This document shows, in pieces, positions 50,035 to 61,723 of a stretch of 64,000 nt of DNA. Source of the DNA: Escherichia coli (GTDB taxonomy: Bacteria; Pseudomonadota; Gammaproteobacteria; Enterobacterales; Enterobacteriaceae). Within the stretch, counting starts at the first letter, position 1; each line of letters starts with the position of its first letter. The stretch lies in assembly GCF_003334255.1 (NCBI RefSeq), contig NZ_QOWU01000023.1; one strand, given 5' to 3'. Position numbers and translations under genes: made by a program. The notes under the pieces are model-generated. The model was not told the DNA's origin. It worked only from the letters and a program-made list of their open reading frames with translations, and did no database searches.

Positions 50035-51714
50035 GTGAACAAAATATTTTCCTCACATGTGATGCCTTTCCGCGCTCTGATCGACGCTTGCTGGAAAGAA
50101 AAATATACTGCCGCACGGTTTACCCGTGACCTGATTGCCGGGATAACCGTCGGGATTATTGCTATCCCGCTGGCGATGGCGTTGGCTATTGGTAGTGGTG
50201 TGGCACCCCAGTACGGTTTATATACCGCAGCTGTTGCGGGGATTGTCATTGCTCTGACGGGTGGGTCACGCTTTAGCGTTTCCGGTCCGACTGCGGCATT
50301 TGTGGTAATTCTCTATCCCGTGTCGCAACAGTTTGGACTGGCAGGACTGCTGGTTGCGACCTTGCTGTCGGGGATCTTTTTGATTCTGATGGGTCTGGCA
50401 CGCTTTGGTCGCCTGATTGAGTATATTCCGGTTTCCGTCACCTTAGGTTTCACCTCGGGTATCGGGATCACCATCGGTACCATGCAGATTAAAGATTTTC
50501 TCGGTCTGCAAATGGCCCATGTCCCGGAACATTATCTACAAAAAGTCGGCGCATTATTTATGGCGCTGCCGACCATTAATGTGGGTGATGCTGCCATTGG
50601 CATTGTGACGCTAGGTATTCTTGTTTTTTGGCCGCGTCTGGGCATTCGTTTACCCGGTCACCTTCCGGCCTTGCTGGCTGGTTGCGCGGTGATGGGGATT
50701 GTTAACCTGCTCGGCGGACATGTTGCTACCATCGGTTCGCAATTCCACTACGTCCTGGCCGATGGTTCTCAGGGTAACGGTATTCCGCAACTGCTGCCGC
50801 AACTGGTGCTGCCGTGGGATCTGCCTAATTCAGAATTCACGCTAACCTGGGATTCTATTCGCACACTGCTGCCTGCGGCATTCTCAATGGCAATGCTCGG
50901 CGCAATCGAATCTCTGCTCTGCGCCGTGGTGCTGGATGGTATGACCGGGACGAAACACAAGGCGAACAGCGAACTGGTTGGACAGGGACTGGGGAATATT
51001 ATCGCTCCGTTCTTTGGTGGTATTACCGCTACAGCTGCCATCGCGCGTTCTGCCGCTAACGTCCGTGCCGGGGCAACGTCCCCTATCTCGGCGGTGATCC
51101 ACTCTATTCTGGTTATTCTTGCCCTGCTGGTACTGGCACCGCTGCTCTCCTGGCTGCCGCTTTCCGCCATGGCAGCCCTGCTGTTGATGGTGGCGTGGAA
51201 CATGAGTGAAGCGCACAAAGTGGTCGACTTGCTGCGTCATGCGCCGAAAGATGACATCATCGTCATGCTGCTGTGCATGTCGCTGACCGTGTTGTTTGAT
51301 ATGGTTATTGCCATCAGCGTGGGGATCGTGCTGGCATCGCTGCTGTTTATGCGTCGTATCGCACGTATGACTCGCCTGGCACCGGTAGTCGTAGATGTTC
51401 CAGACGATGTCCTGGTTCTGCGCGTTATTGGCCCGCTGTTTTTTGCTGCTGCTGAAGGCTTATTCACGGACCTGGAGTCACGTCTTGAAGGCAAACGGAT
51501 TGTGATTCTGAAGTGGGATGCCGTTCCGGTACTTGATGCTGGTGGTCTTGATGCGTTCCAGCGTTTTGTGAAGCGTCTGCCCGAGGGATGTGAACTGCGC
51601 GTGTGCAACGTGGAATTCCAGCCACTGCGCACTATGGCTCGCGCTGGCATTCAACCGATCCCGGGACGCCTGGCGTTCTTCCCGAATCGTCGCGCGGCGA
51701 TGGCGGATTTATAA
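50035..51714 (+). CDS. dauA: SulP-family C4-dicarboxylate transporter DauA (YchM), GTG start
   Basis: 559 aa; SulP membrane domain plus C-terminal STAS domain. Confidence 0.9.
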
Positions 51715-51724
51715 GTACGAGATT

Positions 51725-51750
51725 GACCAGTCAGCGCAAACTGACTGGTC
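51725..51750. terminator. Hairpin between convergent dauA and ychH
   Basis: Perfect inverted repeat gaccagtcag-cgcaaa-ctgactggtc. Confidence 0.5.
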
Positions 51751-51768
51751 AGCAAACTGCATTATTTG

Positions 51769-52047
51769 TTAGCTATGACGGCGATTATCGCTACGGCGGC
51801 AACGTTTGTCATAGTGGCGAACCCACCAGTAACGGTCGCACACCTGTTCATGCCCGCCAACACGGGCACCCGCCAGCCAGAGAATGGCACCGACGAAAAT
51901 ACTTAGCACTGCACCATGTGCGAAATACTGGGGCATATTAAACTGTGGTAACTGGTTGAGGATTGAATACCCCACGCCGACCACCATTACCACCAGACCC
52001 AACCCCATGAGCACGTTACCGAGTAACGAAGCGTTTTTGCGTTTCAT
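51769..52047 (-). CDS. ychH: Small inner membrane protein YchH
   Basis: 92 aa with two hydrophobic helices. Confidence 0.8.
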   Translation of the reverse strand: MKRKNASLLGNVLMGLGLVVMVVGVGYSILNQLPQFNMPQYFAHGAVLSIFVGAILWLAGARVGGHEQVCDRYWWVRHYDKRCRRSDNRRHS

Positions 52048-52324
52048 ATGTCACCTCCGGAACTTTCTGGGTTGTAACAGGGAATACCCCTCTTCCTTAT
52101 GTGTAAAGTATAGACAACACCCAGTGGGTTATGTGCGGGCGTGATCACAATTACAACCCTTATTTCAACAAAACTTTACAAATAAACGCCTGAACACCTT
52201 GACTTTCTAATAGTCCACTCAGGCAATTATTACGTTATCTGCATTTGATACGCAGTTTTTTGTCAAGCGGGGCCGCAACCAGTAAACTACGCGCCAGTTA
52301 TGTACACACTCAGGACAAAAAAAC

Positions 52325-52909
52325 GTGACGATTAAATTGATTGTCGGCCTGGCGAACCCCGGTGCTGAATACGCCGCAACGCGACATAATGCTGGTGCCT
52401 GGTTCGTTGACTTACTGGCAGAGCGTTTGCGCGCTCCGCTGCGCGAAGAGGCTAAATTCTTTGGTTATACTTCGCGAGTCACTCTTGGAGGCGAAGATGT
52501 CCGCCTGTTAGTCCCGACTACATTTATGAATCTCAGCGGCAAAGCCGTTGCGGCGATGGCCAGTTTTTTCCGCATTAATCCGGACGAAATTCTGGTGGCC
52601 CACGACGAACTGGATCTGCCTCCTGGCGTCGCCAAATTTAAATTGGGCGGTGGCCATGGTGGTCACAATGGACTGAAAGACATCATCAGTAAATTGGGTA
52701 ATAACCCTAACTTTCACCGTTTACGCATCGGAATCGGTCATCCGGGCGATAAAAATAAAGTTGTCGGTTTTGTGTTAGGCAAACCGCCTGTTAGTGAACA
52801 GAAGTTAATTGATGAAGCCATTGACGAAGCGGCGCGTTGTACTGAAATGTGGTTTACAGATGGCTTGACCAAAGCAACGAACCGATTGCACGCCTTTAAA
52901 GCGCAATAA
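52325..52909 (+). CDS. pth: Peptidyl-tRNA hydrolase, GTG start
   Basis: 194 aa; [27 protein letters not shown]. Confidence 0.93.
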
Positions 52910-53025
52910 GTCGTTGTCTGCGGCATTTTTGCCGAGTGCCGTGTATAATAGGCAAAGTTATTTCCATTTCTGCAATCTGTTAGCAATAACAGGTTGATTA
53001 TTAAGATATTAAGGTGATTTAAATC

Positions 53026-54117
53026 ATGGGATTCAAATGCGGTATCGTCGGTTTGCCCAACGTCGGGAAATCTACCCTGTTCAACGCGCTGACCAAAGCC
53101 GGTATTGAAGCGGCCAACTTTCCATTCTGCACCATTGAGCCGAACACAGGCGTCGTACCAATGCCTGATCCTCGCCTGGATCAACTGGCTGAAATCGTAA
53201 AACCGCAGCGTACGCTTCCCACGACCATGGAATTTGTCGATATCGCCGGTCTGGTAAAAGGCGCATCGAAAGGCGAAGGTCTGGGTAACCAGTTCCTGAC
53301 CAACATCCGTGAAACCGAAGCGATCGGTCACGTTGTTCGCTGCTTTGAAAATGACAACATCATTCACGTTTCCGGCAAAGTTAACCCGGCTGACGATATT
53401 GAAGTTATCAACACCGAACTGGCGCTGGCAGACCTCGACACCTGCGAACGTGCGATTCATCGCGTACAGAAGAAAGCCAAAGGTGGCGATAAAGACGCGA
53501 AAGCTGAGCTGGCGGTCCTGGAAAAATGCCTGCCCCAGTTGGAAAATGCAGGTATGCTGCGCGCGCTGGATTTAAGCGCTGAAGAGAAAGCGGCTATTCG
53601 TTACCTGAGCTTCCTGACGCTGAAACCAACAATGTACATCGCCAACGTCAACGAAGACGGTTTTGAAAACAACCCATATCTTGACCAGGTGCGTGAAATC
53701 GCGGCGAAAGAAGGTTCTGTTGTGGTTCCGGTTTGTGCTGCTGTTGAAGCAGACATTGCCGAACTGGACGACGAAGAACGTGACGAGTTTATGCAGGAGC
53801 TTGGGCTGGAAGAGCCGGGCCTGAACCGTGTGATCCGTGCCGGTTATAAACTGCTGAACCTGCAAACTTACTTCACCGCTGGGGTGAAAGAAGTGCGTGC
53901 ATGGACCATTCCGGTTGGAGCAACCGCGCCGCAGGCAGCGGGCAAAATCCATACTGATTTTGAAAAAGGCTTTATCCGTGCACAAACCATCTCGTTTGAA
54001 GATTTCATCACTTACAAAGGTGAACAAGGCGCGAAAGAAGCAGGCAAAATGCGTGCAGAAGGTAAAGATTACATCGTGAAAGATGGCGATGTGATGAACT
54101 TCCTTTTCAACGTCTAA
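53026..54117 (+). CDS. ychF: Obg-like ribosome-binding ATPase YchF
   Basis: 363 aa; P-loop GLPNVGKST. Confidence 0.93.
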
Positions 54118-54173
54118 TTAATTTATTGTCTCATGAGGTTTCGCTAAATCTCATGAAGAGCGCAAAAGTATAT

Positions 54174-54201
54174 AAAATCCACGCAATTGCGTGGATTTTT
54201 C
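54174..54201 (+). terminator. ychF rho-independent terminator
   Basis: aaatccacgc-aatt-gcgtggattt hairpin followed by a T-run. Confidence 0.75.
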
Positions 54202-54885
54202 ATTTCACCGAGTCCTAATCATTCTTGTAACATCCTACACTTTTGTGCTTATTGCCTATAGTGAACCACGAGAATAATTAAAGACATAAGTGTTCAGATG
54301 ACGGATATCTCATTAGCAGTGATATAACGTAAGTTTTTGTATCACTACACATCAGCCCCCTTCACAGCTGATCAAAATTGATCACGCTCCAATATGCTGG
54401 CAAGATGAAAATGATAACCAGTAGCACAATAACAACGATAGGCCAGAAAACCCATTGACCAAAAATGAATATCGATGTTTTTTGCTTTTTCTTATTAGTA
54501 ATGCAAAAATGGCGCATATTGTTTTTGTTATGCAGATACATCAAGCGAAATTCCCATAACTAATTAGGATTATTACAAAAAATCTTCACCAAATTTTTTA
54601 ACCGCTGTTTGTTGTAATATTTTTGCCATATTTATAGTAACGAATTGGAATAAGTAACGACAACTTAGGGAATAACTCGATATAAACTCACCTTTGTAAG
54701 GGGGATGTTAAATATATATTAATTCCTGTGTTCCTGATTTTGCCCGGTAATAGAGAATTATTCTCTGAGAAGCTCATCATGATTGCACCATACAAATATC
54801 ATGATGATAAGAGGATATTATTCATTGATTTAAACAAAATGACAAAATCCATAGACCCATAGTCTGGGTACTATATAGGAGTGGT

Positions 54886-57753
54886 ATGGGCATCAAACAA
54901 CACAATGGGAATACCAAAGCAGATCGTCTCGCTGAATTAAAAATCCGTTCGCCCTCAATTCAACTGATAAAATTTGGCGCTATTGGTTTGAATGCAATTA
55001 TCTTTTCCCCCCTGCTGATAGCTGCTGATACAGGAAGTCAATATGGCACCAATATTACTATTAATGATGGTGACAGAATTACAGGAGATACCGCCGATCC
55101 ATCAGGAAACCTCTATGGTGTAATGACCCCAGCAGGAAACACGCCTGGCAATATCAACCTGGGTAATGATGTCACCGTCAATGTCAACGACGCCTCTGGA
55201 TATGCAAAAGGAATCATTATTCAGGGCAAAAACAGCTCCCTGACAGCTAACCGACTCACAGTAGATGTTGTTGGTCAAACCTCTGCCATCGGCATTAACT
55301 TAATTGGTGACTATACCCATGCTGACTTAGGCACAGGCAGCACCATTAAGAGTAACGATGACGGCATCATTATTGGGCATAGCTCAACACTAACAGCCAC
55401 TCAATTCACCATTGAAAACTCGAACGGTATAGGCCTAACCATCAATGACTATGGCACCAGTGTCGATCTTGGAAGCGGAAGTAAAATCACGACCGATGGA
55501 AGTACAGGTGTTTATATCGGTGGTCTCAACGGCAATAACGCCAATGGTGCTGCGCGTTTTACGGCTACAGACCTGACAATCGATGTTCAGGGCTACAGCG
55601 CCATGGGGATAAACGTACAGAAAAACTCTGTTGTCGATCTCGGAACAAACAGTACCATTAAAACCAATGGCGATAATGCTCACGGCCTCTGGAGCTTTGG
55701 CCAGGTTAGCGCGAATGCACTCACTGTTGATGTAACTGGAGCCGCGGCCAATGGCGTCGAAGTTCGTGGTGGTACAACCACTATCGGTGCAGATAGCCAT
55801 ATTTCTTCCGCGCAGGGCGGTGGCCTCGTCACCAGTGGTTCAGACGCGATAATCAATTTTACTGGCACGGCAGCGCAACGAAACAGCATCTTTTCCGGCG
55901 GTTCTTATGGTGCCTCGGCCCAGACGGCAACGGCTGTTGTCAACATGCAAAATACCGATATTACAGTTGATCGTAATGGCAGTCTGGCGCTGGGTTTGTG
56001 GGCTCTCAGCGGCGGTAGAATAACCGGAGACAGTTTGGCTATCACCGGCGCGGCAGGAGCCAGGGGAATTTATGCCATGACCAACAGCCAGATCGACCTC
56101 ACGAGCGATCTGGTCATTGATATGAGTACACCCGACCAGATGGCCATCGCAACGCAACATGACGATGGTTATGCCGCCAGCCGCATCAACGCCTCGGGTC
56201 GTATGCTTATCAACGGTAGCGTTCTTTCCAAAGGTGGGCTAATCAATCTGGATATGCACCCTGGGTCGGTTTGGACAGGTTCCTCCCTCAGCGATAATGT
56301 CAATGGCGGAAAACTGGACGTTGCAATGAATAACAGCGTCTGGAACGTAACAAGTAATTCTAATCTCGACACGCTGGCGCTGAGCCATTCAACTGTCGAT
56401 TTTGCCAGCCACGGGTCAACTGCCGGCACATTTGCCACATTAAACGTAGAGAACCTGAGCGGTAACAGTACCTTTATTATGCGTGCTGATGTTGTTGGCG
56501 AGGGTAATGGCGTTAATAATAAAGGGGATTTATTGAATATCAGCGGGAGTAGTGCTGGTAATCACGTATTGGCTATCCGCAACCAGGGCAGCGAGGCCAC
56601 AACGGGAAATGAAGTTCTGACAGTGGTAAAAACCACTGACGGCGCGGCCTCGTTCAGCGCGTCTTCTCAGGTTGAGTTGGGGGGATATCTGTACGATGTG
56701 CGTAAAAATGGCACTAACTGGGAGCTTTACGCTTCCGGGACAGTTCCGGAACCGACTCCTAATCCTGAACCCACACCAGCTCCCGCTCAGCCTCCCATAG
56801 TCAACCCCGATCCTACGCCTGAACCCGCTCCCACGCCTAAACCCACCACGACCGCAGATGCTGGCGGCAATTATCTCAATGTCGGTTACTTATTGAACTA
56901 TGTTGAAAACCGTACGCTGATGCAACGGATGGGTGACCTGCGAAATCAGAGTAAAGACGGTAATATCTGGTTGCGCAGTTATGGGGGAAGCCTGGACTCC
57001 TTTGCCAGTGGCAAACTGAGCGGCTTTGACATGGGTTACAGCGGTATCCAGTTTGGTGGGGATAAACGTCTCTCTGATGTAATGCCGTTGTATGTCGGTC
57101 TGTATATTGGCTCAACACATGCATCGCCGGACTATAGCGGAGGCGACGGTACCGCACGTTCAGACTACATGGGAATGTACGCCAGTTACATGGCACAAAA
57201 CGGTTTTTACAGCGATCTCGTTATAAAAGCATCGCGCCAGAAAAATAGTTTCCACGTACTGGACAGTCAGAACAACGGCGTTAACGCCAACGGCACTGCG
57301 AATGGAATGAGCATCTCCCTGGAAGCCGGGCAGAGGTTCAACCTGTCCCCTACTGGTTATGGGTTCTATATAGAGCCGCAAACCCAGCTTACATACAGCC
57401 ACCAGAATGAGATGACTATGAAGGCGAGTAATGGCCTCAATATACATCTGAATCACTACGAATCGCTGCTGGGGCGTGCCAGCATGATACTGGGGTATGA
57501 CATCACCGCAGGCAACAGCCAGCTGAATGTCTATGTGAAGACTGGCGCTATCCGCGAGTTTTCAGGGGATACCGAATATCTGTTGAACAACTCCCGGGAG
57601 AAGTACAGTTTCAAAGGTAATGGCTGGAATAACGGCGTGGGAGTCAGTGCACAGTATAACAAACAGCACACATTCTATCTCGAAGCGGATTACACGCAGG
57701 GTAACCTCTTTGATCAGAAGCAAGTCAACGGAGGATATCGCTTCAGCTTTTAA
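54886..57753 (+). CDS. ycgV: Autotransporter adhesin-like protein YcgV
   Basis: 955 aa; Gly/Thr-rich beta-helix passenger, Pro-rich linker PEPTPNPEPTPAPAQPP, C-terminal beta-barrel ending in F; AGGAG Shine-Dalgarno before ATG. Confidence 0.85.
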   Translation: MGIKQHNGNTKADRLAELKIRSPSIQLIKFGAIGLNAIIFSPLLIAADTGSQYGTNITINDGDRITGDTADPSGNLYGVMTPAGNTPGNINLGNDVTVNVNDASGYAKGIIIQGKNSSLTANRLTVDVVGQTSAIGINLIGDYTHADLGTGSTIKSNDDGIIIGHSSTLTATQFTIENSNGIGLTINDYGTSVDLGSGSKITTDGSTGVYIGGLNGNNANGAARFTATDLTIDVQGYSAMGINVQKNSVVDLGTNSTIKTNGDNAHGLWSFGQVSANALTVDVTGAAANGVEVRGGTTTIGADSHISSAQGGGLVTSGSDAIINFTGTAAQRNSIFSGGSYGASAQTATAVVNMQNTDITVDRNGSLALGLWALSGGRITGDSLAITGAAGARGIYAMTNSQIDLTSDLVIDMSTPDQMAIATQHDDGYAASRINASGRMLINGSVLSKGGLINLDMHPGSVWTGSSLSDNVNGGKLDVAMNNSVWNVTSNSNLDTLALSHSTVDFASHGSTAGTFATLNVENLSGNSTFIMRADVVGEGNGVNNKGDLLNISGSSAGNHVLAIRNQGSEATTGNEVLTVVKTTDGAASFSASSQVELGGYLYDVRKNGTNWELYASGTVPEPTPNPEPTPAPAQPPIVNPDPTPEPAPTPKPTTTADAGGNYLNVGYLLNYVENRTLMQRMGDLRNQSKDGNIWLRSYGGSLDSFASGKLSGFDMGYSGIQFGGDKRLSDVMPLYVGLYIGSTHASPDYSGGDGTARSDYMGMYASYMAQNGFYSDLVIKASRQKNSFHVLDSQNNGVNANGTANGMSISLEAGQRFNLSPTGYGFYIEPQTQLTYSHQNEMTMKASNGLNIHLNHYESLLGRASMILGYDITAGNSQLNVYVKTGAIREFSGDTEYLLNNSREKYSFKGNGWNNGVGVSAQYNKQHTFYLEADYTQGNLFDQKQVNGGYRFSF

Positions 57754-57852
57754 GTGCGGGATAGACAAGCCCTTAAACGATGCTGAAAATTGTTAGCGTG
57801 CGCCGGAATGAAATACAGATCACTCTGATGTATCAGAAATCGTTTCTGTCTT

Positions 57853-59772
57853 TCATACCCGGCGCTTAAACTGCCCTGCATCAATGCCATGTTGCTTCAT
57901 TTTCCGCCACAGCGTAGTGCGGCCGATCCCAAGTAAAGCCGACATTTCCTGAATGCGACCGCCTGTGACCTGGGCTGCGTTAATAATTGCCTCTTTTTCA
58001 ACTTCCGCAAATGACAGACTGGTGGAAAGGCGGGTGGCGCTGACATCATCTGTCGCCTGCTCGGTAAACAGATGTTCCGGCAAATCACTGACGCGAATGC
58101 GCCCGTTATCACTACTCAGAGCAAGATTCTCGATGACGCTGTAAAGTTCAAAATCGTTGCCTGGCCATGCACAAGAAACCAGGCGAGCGAGGGCATCGTC
58201 ATCAATTTTCAGCCGCGTAGAGAAGCGTTTTTCAAGACTGCGTAATTTGTTATTCACCAGCGCCGGAATGCTGCCACGCCGCATACGCAGAGGCGGGATG
58301 GTAATTTCAAATGCATGCAGCGCGTAATACAGCTGGCGACTAAAACGATTTTGTTCCACCAGCATTGCGAGGTCCGCGGTCGTTGTTGCAATCACTTTGA
58401 CATCAATTGGTATTAAACGCCGCGCATCCAGTCGCGTGATAACCCCCTGCTTGATAACCTGAAGCAAAGCAGACTGTAACTCCACCGCCAGATATTCAAT
58501 CTTTTCAAGAAACAGCGTGCCGCCGTGTGCCAGTTCCAGCCGACTCAGACGGCCATTTTCATTGTCCGTGCGATCGCCACCAATAAATTCTTCCGCCAGC
58601 GCAGCATCACCATATAACTCACAATTGACGGCGATATAAGGACCTGCAGCACGCTCGCTTTCATTATGAATTGCCTGACTTAGCAGTGCCTTGCCCACGC
58701 CCTCTTCTCCACAAAGCAGGACAGGAAAGCTACTGCGCGCCGCCTGGCGACCAAAATGAATCAAGCGGCGGGTTTGCGGATCGTCCTGTGGCATATGAGC
58801 GAAGGTATGGCTGACTTTTCCTAATTGACTGGTCATCAACTGCCGCATCTGTTCCACAGGATGGAGCAACAAAATAAAGCTGGTTCCCTGCGTTTCTATT
58901 ATCGGTTTAAGGGTTATCACCGCATCAATAAACTGATGCTGGCTTTCAAAGGTTGCTTCTACGTGTTTGAGCGGATGTGCCTGTTTTATTGCTTGTTGCA
59001 ATACGGCGGGTAACGTTAAGAGTTCAGTGATTGCCCGTCCCTGACTTGCCGTCGCGTCAAGGCGCAAGACCCGCGCCGCCTGGGCATTAATAAATTGCAA
59101 ATTACCCTGCTCGTCCCAGCTAATCACGCCATCATCCATACTTTCTAACAGGGCATTAAGTTGATTTAAATGACGGTTAGTTTCAGCGAGCAAACTGTCC
59201 GTCAGCAGTAAATTTCCGACCTCGCGGGCGATTGCCAACGTCAACGGCAAATCAGCTGCGGTAGTTTGCTCAACCGGACACGCCAGCGCTATTGTTCCCG
59301 TCAATCGGCCCTTGCTGTCAAACAACGGCGTTGCACAAAAGGCCCAGTTCCAGAGTACCTGTTTGAAATGTTGATCGGCCATCGTTTTCACGGCCTGACC
59401 AGAGATAGCCGCTAACGATAGCGCACAAGTACCAATAATTCCCTCGGCGCAATACGTGCCGTCATTGAATCCCAGTGCACTTAGCTGCTGCAAGGTTTGC
59501 GGATCGCCATTACGGCTGAGAATGCAGGCGGTTTCATCGAGGATAAACAGCGCACACTCTCGCGGTGCCATATATTCCCAGGCATCTTCCAGCGCAGCCT
59601 GCCCGAGCGTCAGCATCGCTTTCTTACGCCGATAAATAGAAGCAAATGTCACGCCCTGGGCCTGATGTGGTACGTTCCATGTCTCCCGTTTCATCAGCTT
59701 ATTGCATCGCTCCCAGGAGGTTGCAATTAAGGGAGATATGCCCCGACCATCGTTGTTAAAAGCGCCACTCAT
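57853..59772 (-). CDS. dhaR: Dihydroxyacetone operon transcriptional activator DhaR (639 aa)
   Basis: AAA+ enhancer-binding-protein-like central domain (GEEGVGKALL), C-terminal HTH; divergent from dhaK. Confidence 0.88.
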   Translation of the reverse strand: MSGAFNNDGRGISPLIATSWERCNKLMKRETWNVPHQAQGVTFASIYRRKKAMLTLGQAALEDAWEYMAPRECALFILDETACILSRNGDPQTLQQLSALGFNDGTYCAEGIIGTCALSLAAISGQAVKTMADQHFKQVLWNWAFCATPLFDSKGRLTGTIALACPVEQTTAADLPLTLAIAREVGNLLLTDSLLAETNRHLNQLNALLESMDDGVISWDEQGNLQFINAQAARVLRLDATASQGRAITELLTLPAVLQQAIKQAHPLKHVEATFESQHQFIDAVITLKPIIETQGTSFILLLHPVEQMRQLMTSQLGKVSHTFAHMPQDDPQTRRLIHFGRQAARSSFPVLLCGEEGVGKALLSQAIHNESERAAGPYIAVNCELYGDAALAEEFIGGDRTDNENGRLSRLELAHGGTLFLEKIEYLAVELQSALLQVIKQGVITRLDARRLIPIDVKVIATTTADLAMLVEQNRFSRQLYYALHAFEITIPPLRMRRGSIPALVNNKLRSLEKRFSTRLKIDDDALARLVSCAWPGNDFELYSVIENLALSSDNGRIRVSDLPEHLFTEQATDDVSATRLSTSLSFAEVEKEAIINAAQVTGGRIQEMSALLGIGRTTLWRKMKQHGIDAGQFKRRV

Positions 59773-59999
59773 ATCCCGCATCCCTTATGACAAAAGGTGT
59801 TCCGGCTCGCAATTTTAAGTATTAATACACGTAAAAGTTTCAATATGGAACATTCATTAAAGCATATGTTTCACTATGAAACATAATTTGGGCTAATTTT
59901 CTTTTCCCTTGCCTGATGCACAATGGATTCATCGGCAGTCAGTGGTCGCCGTGTCGTTGAACATCATCCATGCCCTACCGTAATTGCTGGAGCAAAATA

Positions 60000-61070
60000 A
60001 TGAAAAAATTGATCAATGATGTGCAAGACGTACTGGACGAACAACTGGCAGGACTGGCGAAAGCGCATCCATCGCTGACACTGCATCAGGATCCGGTGTA
60101 TGTCACCCGAGCTGATGCCCCTGTTGCAGGAAAAGTCGCCCTGCTGTCGGGTGGCGGCAGCGGACACGAGCCGATGCACTGTGGTTATATCGGTCAGGGG
60201 ATGCTTTCGGGGGCCTGTCCGGGCGAAATTTTCACCTCACCGACGCCCGATAAAATCTTTGAATGCGCCATGCAAGTTGATGGCGGCGAAGGTGTACTGT
60301 TGATTATCAAAAATTACACCGGCGATATTCTTAACTTTGAAACAGCGACCGAGTTACTGCACGATAGCGGCGTAAAAGTGACCACTGTGGTCATTGATGA
60401 CGACGTTGCGGTAAAAGACAGTCTTTATACTGCCGGGCGACGCGGCGTTGCCAACACCGTATTAATTGAAAAACTCGTAGGCGCAGCGGCGGAGCGTGGC
60501 GACTCACTGGACGCCTGTGCGGAACTGGGGCGTAAGCTGAATAATCAAGGCCACTCAATAGGTATCGCTCTCGGTGCCTGTACCGTTCCTGCCGCGGGCA
60601 AACCTTCTTTTACCCTGGCGGATAATGAGATGGAGTTTGGCGTCGGCATTCATGGTGAGCCGGGTATTGACCGCCGCCCCTTCTCTTCCCTTGATCAAAC
60701 CGTCGATGAAATGTTCGACACCCTGCTGGTAAATGGCTCATACCATCGCACTTTGCGTTTCTGGGATTATCAACAAGGCAGTTGGCAGGAAGAACAACAA
60801 ACCAAACAACCGCTCCAGTCTGGCGATCGGGTGATTGCGCTGGTTAACAATCTTGGCGCAACTCCGCTTTCTGAGCTGTACGGCGTCTATAACCGCCTGA
60901 CCACACGTTGCCAGCAAGCGGGATTGACTATCGAACGTAATTTAATTGGCGCGTACTGCACCTCACTGGATATGACCGGTTTCTCAATCACCTTACTGAA
61001 AGTTGATGACGAAACGCTGGCACTCTGGGACGCCCCGGTCCACACCCCGGCCCTTAACTGGGGTAAATAA
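60000..61070 (+). CDS. dhaK: Dihydroxyacetone kinase, DHA-binding subunit DhaK (356 aa)
   Basis: Starts MKKLINDVQDVLDEQL. Confidence 0.92.
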   Translation: MKKLINDVQDVLDEQLAGLAKAHPSLTLHQDPVYVTRADAPVAGKVALLSGGGSGHEPMHCGYIGQGMLSGACPGEIFTSPTPDKIFECAMQVDGGEGVLLIIKNYTGDILNFETATELLHDSGVKVTTVVIDDDVAVKDSLYTAGRRGVANTVLIEKLVGAAAERGDSLDACAELGRKLNNQGHSIGIALGACTVPAAGKPSFTLADNEMEFGVGIHGEPGIDRRPFSSLDQTVDEMFDTLLVNGSYHRTLRFWDYQQGSWQEEQQTKQPLQSGDRVIALVNNLGATPLSELYGVYNRLTTRCQQAGLTIERNLIGAYCTSLDMTGFSITLLKVDDETLALWDAPVHTPALNWGK

Positions 61071-61080
61071 GGAGAAAGCA

Positions 61081-61713
61081 ATGTCACTGAGCAGAACTCA
61101 AATTGTTAACTGGCTCACTCGTTGTGGCGATATTTTCAGCACCGAGAGCGAGTATCTTACCGGACTGGATCGCGAAATTGGCGATGCTGACCACGGGCTA
61201 AATATGAACCGAGGCTTTAGCAAAGTGGTGGAAAAACTCCCTGCTATCGCAGATAAAGATATCGGTTTCATTCTCAAGAATACCGGTATGACGCTGCTTT
61301 CCAGCGTCGGTGGTGCCAGTGGTCCGCTGTTCGGTACCTTCTTTATCCGCGCCGCACAGGCGACCCAGGCACGGCAAAGCCTGACACTGGAAGAGCTTTA
61401 TCAGATGTTCCGCGATGGCGCGGACGGCGTAATCAGTCGCGGGAAAGCCGAACCTGGCGATAAAACCATGTGTGATGTGTGGGTGCCGGTGGTGGAATCG
61501 TTACGTCAGTCCAGCGAGCAAAATCTCTCTGTTCCGGTGGCGCTCGAAGCTGCCAGTAGCATCGCCGAATCCGCTGCACAAAGTACGATTACGATGCAAG
61601 CCCGCAAAGGCCGCGCCAGTTATCTCGGTGAACGCAGTATTGGTCACCAGGATCCCGGCGCGACCTCGGTGATGTTTATGATGCAAATGTTGGCGTTAGC
61701 CGCAAAAGAGTAA
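61081..61713 (+). CDS. dhaL: Dihydroxyacetone kinase, ADP-binding subunit DhaL (210 aa)
   Basis: Starts MSLSRTQIVNWL; Shine-Dalgarno aggag overlaps the dhaK stop. Confidence 0.92.
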   Translation: MSLSRTQIVNWLTRCGDIFSTESEYLTGLDREIGDADHGLNMNRGFSKVVEKLPAIADKDIGFILKNTGMTLLSSVGGASGPLFGTFFIRAAQATQARQSLTLEELYQMFRDGADGVISRGKAEPGDKTMCDVWVPVVESLRQSSEQNLSVPVALEAASSIAESAAQSTITMQARKGRASYLGERSIGHQDPGATSVMFMMQMLALAAKE

Positions 61714-61723
61714 GGAATTGGTG

